DNA of 64,000 nucleotides from Bacteroidia bacterium (GTDB lineage: Bacteria > Bacteroidota > Bacteroidia > NS11-12g > UBA9320), in contig CBDCFW010000006.1 in the NCBI GenBank assembly GCA_965216465.1, positions 64,001-128,000 of the forward strand. Reading direction: 5' to 3'. Made by a program: the position numbers and the translations under genes. Every line of letters starts with the position of its first letter. Within the stretch, counting starts at the first letter, position 1. Under the pieces are notes generated by a model, which was given only the letters and a program-made list of their open reading frames with translations, was not told the origin of the DNA and made no database searches. Positions 59,642 to 64,000 of the stretch are shown here, in pieces.

Positions 59642-59679
59642 ATCTTAGCCCTAGCTTAAGGGCCTTATCGGTTCCCGAT

Positions 59680-59687
59680 TATATTTG
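59680..59687 (+). promoter_or_regulatory. sigmaA -7 element TATATTTG for the Moco operon
   Basis: Consensus match 8 nt before the moeA ATG. Confidence 0.6.
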
Positions 59688-59695
59688 CTTTCAAT

Positions 59696-60886
59696 ATGTT
59701 GTCGGTTGAACAAGCTAAGGATATTTTATTGAATGGAGTGCCCGTTTTACCTTCTCAAGAAGTGGAACTTGATAAAGGATTGAACCACATTCTTTCGCAG
59801 TCATTTCGCGCAAATATGAGCCTTCCTCCTTTCAGACAATCGGCGATGGATGGCTACGCGGTTAACTATACCAATGTGAAGAAAGACAATTTCAATCTTA
59901 TTGGAGAAGTAGCTGCAGGAGACAAACACACAACATCATTAAATGAAGGTGATGCTGTCCGAATTTTTACAGGAGCAGCTGTGCCAGACGGAGCTAATGC
60001 CGTTATTATGCAAGAGTGGATTACCACTGAAAATAATATGGTCAAGCTTAATAATGATGCCGGCGAGCTTAAGCCCCAATTAAATATTCGTCCTGTTGGA
60101 GAACAGATTCAAGAGGGAGACATCGCTCTCGAGCAAGGAGCTCTATTAAATGGGCCAGCTCTGGGTTTGATTCAATCGTTTGGTGCAAGAACTGTTGAAG
60201 TTTTTCAAAAACCTAAAGTTGCATTAGTGGTAACTGGCAACGAGATTGTTAAACCAGGAGAAGATCTACCCTTTGGCTCCATTTACGAAAGCAATTCAAT
60301 CACGCTCACGTCCGCAATAAAACATGCTGGTTTTGATCTGCAGACTGTAATGTTTGAGAAAGATGAGCTAAGTGCAATTCAAAATGACATTGACCACTGC
60401 AGCAAAACTTCAGATGTTGTATTGGTTTCTGGAGGGATATCTGTAGGCGATTACGATTTTGTTAAAACTGCATTTGAGAATCTGAATGTTGAAGAAGTCT
60501 TCTATAAAATTGCTCAAAAACCTGGCAAGCCAATCTTCTATGGTCAGAAAGAGAATACCTGCTTTTTTGGTTTACCTGGCAATCCAGCATCCGCTTTGGT
60601 ATGTTTAATCGAATATGTGATTCCTGTCCTTAAGAAGATGGCTGGATATAAAAATTGCTTTCCGACAAAATTGAATCTCCCTATAACCAACAATTATGTA
60701 AAAAAGGGGAATCGTGCACAATATTTAAAGGCCAGATTAGGTGCAGAAGGAGTTGAAATCATGAACGGACAGGCCTCATCTATGTTGCACACCTTTGCCT
60801 TGTCAGACTGTCTGGTGTATATCCCAAACAACAAAACTGAAATAAACAAAGGTGAATCTGTAGAAGTACATCTAATCAATTCATGA
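59696..60886 (+). CDS. moeA: Molybdopterin molybdotransferase
   Basis: Motifs SAMDGYA, IFTGA.VP.GA..VIMQE, TGNE, SGGISVGDYD, KPGKP, LPGNP. Confidence 0.95.
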   Translation: MLSVEQAKDILLNGVPVLPSQEVELDKGLNHILSQSFRANMSLPPFRQSAMDGYAVNYTNVKKDNFNLIGEVAAGDKHTTSLNEGDAVRIFTGAAVPDGANAVIMQEWITTENNMVKLNNDAGELKPQLNIRPVGEQIQEGDIALEQGALLNGPALGLIQSFGARTVEVFQKPKVALVVTGNEIVKPGEDLPFGSIYESNSITLTSAIKHAGFDLQTVMFEKDELSAIQNDIDHCSKTSDVVLVSGGISVGDYDFVKTAFENLNVEEVFYKIAQKPGKPIFYGQKENTCFFGLPGNPASALVCLIEYVIPVLKKMAGYKNCFPTKLNLPITNNYVKKGNRAQYLKARLGAEGVEIMNGQASSMLHTFALSDCLVYIPNNKTEINKGESVEVHLINS

Positions 60887-61647
60887 TTCTTTCAGCTACA
60901 TTTAGTTTATTAGAGGTCGATTACATTTATCTCTTTCTTATTCTTCTACCCATTGTCTCGTTATTGTACTCAGCGGTAGGCCATGGTGGAGCAAGTGGCT
61001 ATTTAGCCATGATGGCACTTTTCTCTTTTCCGAGCACATTTATGAAACCAGCAGCTCTGAGCTTAAACATTTTGGTTTCCGGATTGGCTTTTTACTATTT
61101 CTGGAGAAACGGACACTTTAAATGGAAATTATTCTACCCTTTTGCGATTACATCTATCCCGGCTTCATTTATTGGCGGCTACCTTAGCGTTGATGCCACT
61201 ACATATAAACTAATTCTAGGCGTGCTATTACTCGCGACCGTAGCTCGAATGTTGTTTATTGACACATCGTCAAAGACAAAATCTTCTAGTCAGCACTTAT
61301 GGCTGTCTCTAATCATTGGAGCATCAATAGGATTCTTTTCGGGAATGATTGGAATTGGAGGCGGTATTATTTTAAGTCCAGTAATTCTTCTATTAGGATG
61401 GGCAAACTTGAAAGAAACTGCAGCCGTATCAGCCTTGTTTATTTGGGTCAATTCGATTTCTGGAATGACTGGATTAATGGCTTCAGGTACTGAAATTTCG
61501 AAGGAAGTATTAATTATTGCCGCCTTTGCAGTTGTAGGAGGATTAATCGGCGGATATCTAGGCAGTAAAAAATTAAATAACTCAGCATTAAAATATCTAC
61601 TTTCAGTAGTATTATTGCTTGCTGCTATCAAACTATTATTGGTATAA
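60883..61647 (+). CDS. TauE/SafE-family (sulfite exporter-like) membrane protein
   Basis: Motifs YSAVGHGGASGY, SGMIGIGGG, about 8 TM helices. Confidence 0.9.
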   Translation: MILSATFSLLEVDYIYLFLILLPIVSLLYSAVGHGGASGYLAMMALFSFPSTFMKPAALSLNILVSGLAFYYFWRNGHFKWKLFYPFAITSIPASFIGGYLSVDATTYKLILGVLLLATVARMLFIDTSSKTKSSSQHLWLSLIIGASIGFFSGMIGIGGGIILSPVILLLGWANLKETAAVSALFIWVNSISGMTGLMASGTEISKEVLIIAAFAVVGGLIGGYLGSKKLNNSALKYLLSVVLLLAAIKLLLV

Positions 61648-61665
61648 AACAGTTATCCTTTAACC

Positions 61666-61908
61666 ATGAGTAAATCTTCAACTATATTGTATTTCGGACA
61701 AATCACTGATCACACCCTCGTGAATGAGGAATCAATGGACCTAGGTGAACTGACAGTGGCTAATTTTACAAAACAAATAGAAGAACAATACCCTGGTTTG
61801 GCCCATACTTTTTATAGAGTTGCTGTTGATCAAGAAATCAGAGAACACGACTTTACTATAAAAGCAGGATCTGAAATCGCCATATTACCTCAATTTGCAG
61901 GCGGATAA
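61666..61908 (+). CDS. moaD: Molybdopterin synthase sulfur carrier
   Basis: Ubiquitin-like protein with YFG and C-terminal IAILPQFAGG. Confidence 0.92.
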   Translation: MSKSSTILYFGQITDHTLVNEESMDLGELTVANFTKQIEEQYPGLAHTFYRVAVDQEIREHDFTIKAGSEIAILPQFAGG

Positions 61909-61915
61909 ATACATC

Positions 61916-62629
61916 ATGCTTAATCAAAATGAAATACAACGCTATGCAAAGCATCTCTCTTTGACCGAGATTGGAAAGCCAGGTCAGGAAAAACTGAAAC
62001 AATCTAGCGTTTTGATTATTGGGGCTGGAGGATTGGGCTGTCCCTTGGCTCAACTGTTAGCCGCAACAGGCATTGGCAAAATGACTATTGTTGATGGCGA
62101 TTCGGTAGACATTTCGAATCTTCAACGGCAGATACTATTTCATGATGGCGATATTGGGAGAAAAAAATGCGAAGTGATAGCAGAAAAACTTCACATCCTC
62201 AATCCCAATTGTACAATTGCTGCATACCCTCATTTTTTAGATTCAAGTAATGCCGAACCATTGATTAATAATCATGATGTTGTTGTTGATTGTACAGACA
62301 GTGTTCCAACAAAACAATTATTGGGTGAACTGGCAGAGGTATTGAACAAAACGTTAATTTACGGTGCCATTCATAAGTTTGAAGGACAGGTTACAACCTT
62401 TAACCATCTTAACAAGTATCCCTATAAATCTCTATTCCCTGCGGAAAGTGAAGCGGCTTTAGCCTTTACATGTTCAGACATTGGTGTTTATGCCATCTTG
62501 CCAAGTATTATTGCAGGATACCAAGCCAATGAAGTGCTAAAAGTCCTTTTAGGATTAAATGGCATTTTATCAGGCAAAGTACTGTATTTTAACGCCTTAA
62601 CGAATAAACAAACCATTATAAACTTTTAA
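61916..62629 (+). CDS. moeB: Molybdopterin synthase adenylyltransferase (ThiF/MoeB family; ORF track start 61895)
   Basis: Motifs RY..H, IIGAGGLG, D.VDISNLQRQ, DCTD. Confidence 0.9.
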   Translation: MLNQNEIQRYAKHLSLTEIGKPGQEKLKQSSVLIIGAGGLGCPLAQLLAATGIGKMTIVDGDSVDISNLQRQILFHDGDIGRKKCEVIAEKLHILNPNCTIAAYPHFLDSSNAEPLINNHDVVVDCTDSVPTKQLLGELAEVLNKTLIYGAIHKFEGQVTTFNHLNKYPYKSLFPAESEAALAFTCSDIGVYAILPSIIAGYQANEVLKVLLGLNGILSGKVLYFNALTNKQTIINF

Positions 62630-62636
62630 AACAACC

Positions 62637-63068
62637 ATGAAATCGGTATTTATAGAAGGACCAATTAGCTCAAATTTCATTAGCGATAAGATTGCTGCTC
62701 ATCAACATAAACATGAAATAGGAGCCCACAGTATATTTCTAGGTCAAGTGAGAAAAGACACGATAAACGATCAGTCTGTTGTCGCAATAGAATATTCTGC
62801 CTATGAGGAAATGGCAAATCAAACCTTTCATGATATAAAAGAAGATGTCTTCGCTAAATACGATATCACCTGCATGCATATCTATCATAGTAAAGGAATC
62901 GTAAAAACGGGAGAAATTTGTTTCTTTGTCTTTGTATCTGCTCCAAGACGAAAAGTGGTGTTTGAAGCAATTGAATTTGCGGTTAATACAATAAAAGAAA
63001 AAACACCTGTATTCGGTAAAGAGATTTTGGAAAATGACACATATGCTTGGAAAGTAAACACTCCATGA
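62637..63068 (+). CDS. moaE: Molybdopterin synthase catalytic subunit
   Basis: Motifs GA.SIFLGQVR, IEYSAYEEMA, IK...PVFGKE. Confidence 0.93.
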   Translation: MKSVFIEGPISSNFISDKIAAHQHKHEIGAHSIFLGQVRKDTINDQSVVAIEYSAYEEMANQTFHDIKEDVFAKYDITCMHIYHSKGIVKTGEICFFVFVSAPRRKVVFEAIEFAVNTIKEKTPVFGKEILENDTYAWKVNTP

Positions 63069-63985
63069 TAGACATAACACATAAAAATACAACACTTCGA
63101 ATTGCTACTGCAACTGCAACAGTAAAAGTGAGCAAGACGGAGACCATAGATGCCATAAAAAATAGAACTGTTCCAAAAGGAGATGTTCTTGAAATGGCAA
63201 AAACGGCAGGTCTATTTGCGGTAAAAAACACATCCAACTCGATTCCTGACTGTCACCCGCTTCCTGTAGAATACACAGGTGTAGAGTATAAGATTAACGA
63301 CCAAGAGTTAGAAATTGTGATTCTAATCACGGTTAAAACGATTTACAGAACGGGAGTTGAAGTGGAAGCAATGCATGGAGCATCTATAATAGCTCTTACC
63401 ATGTATGATATGCTTAAGCCTATTGACAAGGGTATTGAGATTTCTTCAATTAAACTTCTTCGAAAAAAAGGCGGAAAATCTGACTACCGCAAATACACTG
63501 ATGGTAAAGTTAATGCAGCCGTAATTGTGTGTTCAGATTCCATATCAAAAGGAGAAAAACAAGACAAAGCAGGATTGGCAATTCAAGATAAACTTCATGA
63601 ATTGAATGTTGATGTAGTAGATTATAAAATCATTCCTGACGAATTTGATCAAATACAAGAAATTGCCAAAAGCCATGTTAAGCAAGATGTTGATTTGATA
63701 ATTTTTACTGGGGGAACTGGCCTTTCAGATCGCGACACAACTCCTGAAGCAATTCGACCATTGATTGAACGTGAAATTCCAGGCGCAGCTGAAGCGATTC
63801 GTAAATACGGAATGGATCGAATCCCTTTTGCCATGCTATCTCGATCAGTTGTAGGAATTATCGGAAGCTCATTGGTTTTGACGTTACCTGGTTCAACAAA
63901 CGGAGCAAAAGAAAGTATGGATGCAGTGTTTCCTTCAATTTTACACATCTTTGATGTAATCAAAAACAAGCCACATACCAACTAA
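63065..63985 (+). CDS. moaCB: Bifunctional MoaC-MoaB/MogA fusion (ORF track start 63047)
   Basis: MoaC part: MIDITHK, KGDV, IPDCHP, TGVEVEA, YDMLK, KKGGKS. MoaB part: TGGTG...RD.TPEA, LPGS. Confidence 0.92.
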   Translation: MIDITHKNTTLRIATATATVKVSKTETIDAIKNRTVPKGDVLEMAKTAGLFAVKNTSNSIPDCHPLPVEYTGVEYKINDQELEIVILITVKTIYRTGVEVEAMHGASIIALTMYDMLKPIDKGIEISSIKLLRKKGGKSDYRKYTDGKVNAAVIVCSDSISKGEKQDKAGLAIQDKLHELNVDVVDYKIIPDEFDQIQEIAKSHVKQDVDLIIFTGGTGLSDRDTTPEAIRPLIEREIPGAAEAIRKYGMDRIPFAMLSRSVVGIIGSSLVLTLPGSTNGAKESMDAVFPSILHIFDVIKNKPHTN

Positions 63986-64000
63986 TTTGGAGAACAAGCT

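Noticed and set aside
63987-64000. Possible start of the next gene (TTG GAG AAC AAG, perhaps moaA)
   Set aside because: Only 14 nt are visible, too little to call.

Overview
An AT-rich, densely packed chromosomal window from a Bacteroidota bacterium, probably free-living. The assignment rests on T9SS sorting domains, SusC/SusD, phylum-type TAnnTTTG promoters and a MurA with Asp in place of the catalytic Cys. Positions 1-13.5 kb hold an accessory surface locus. It has three T9SS cargo genes: an unlisted edge-truncated gene with tandem LamG domains, a LamG protein with a dense Asp-Thr repeat stalk, and an IgGFc-binding-like protein. These are interleaved with glycan-tailoring genes (FkbM and TylF methyltransferases, DUF115, GT2, YfhO GT-C, PIG-L deacetylase, ATP-grasp ligase). 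The rest is mostly core genes (holB, ricT-like, recR, apaG, uppP, ftsX, leuS, murA, grpE-dnaJ, dapA, ligA, crcB, tsaD, tamB). It also holds an ECF sigma/anti-sigma envelope module, a BT2261-2264-like SusCD unit, an ABC exporter and the start of a molybdopterin cluster. The best non-obvious signals are: a repeated ECF promoter with exact spacing, a probable non-AUG start for that sigma factor, a sigma54-type promoter with a TGTCA-N3-TGACA palindrome before grpE, a candidate minus-strand sRNA near 42.5 kb, and an enlarged LeuRS segment before KMSK. I saw no tRNA, rRNA, CRISPR array, transposase or prophage. All family assignments come from motif recognition by eye, not from database searches.
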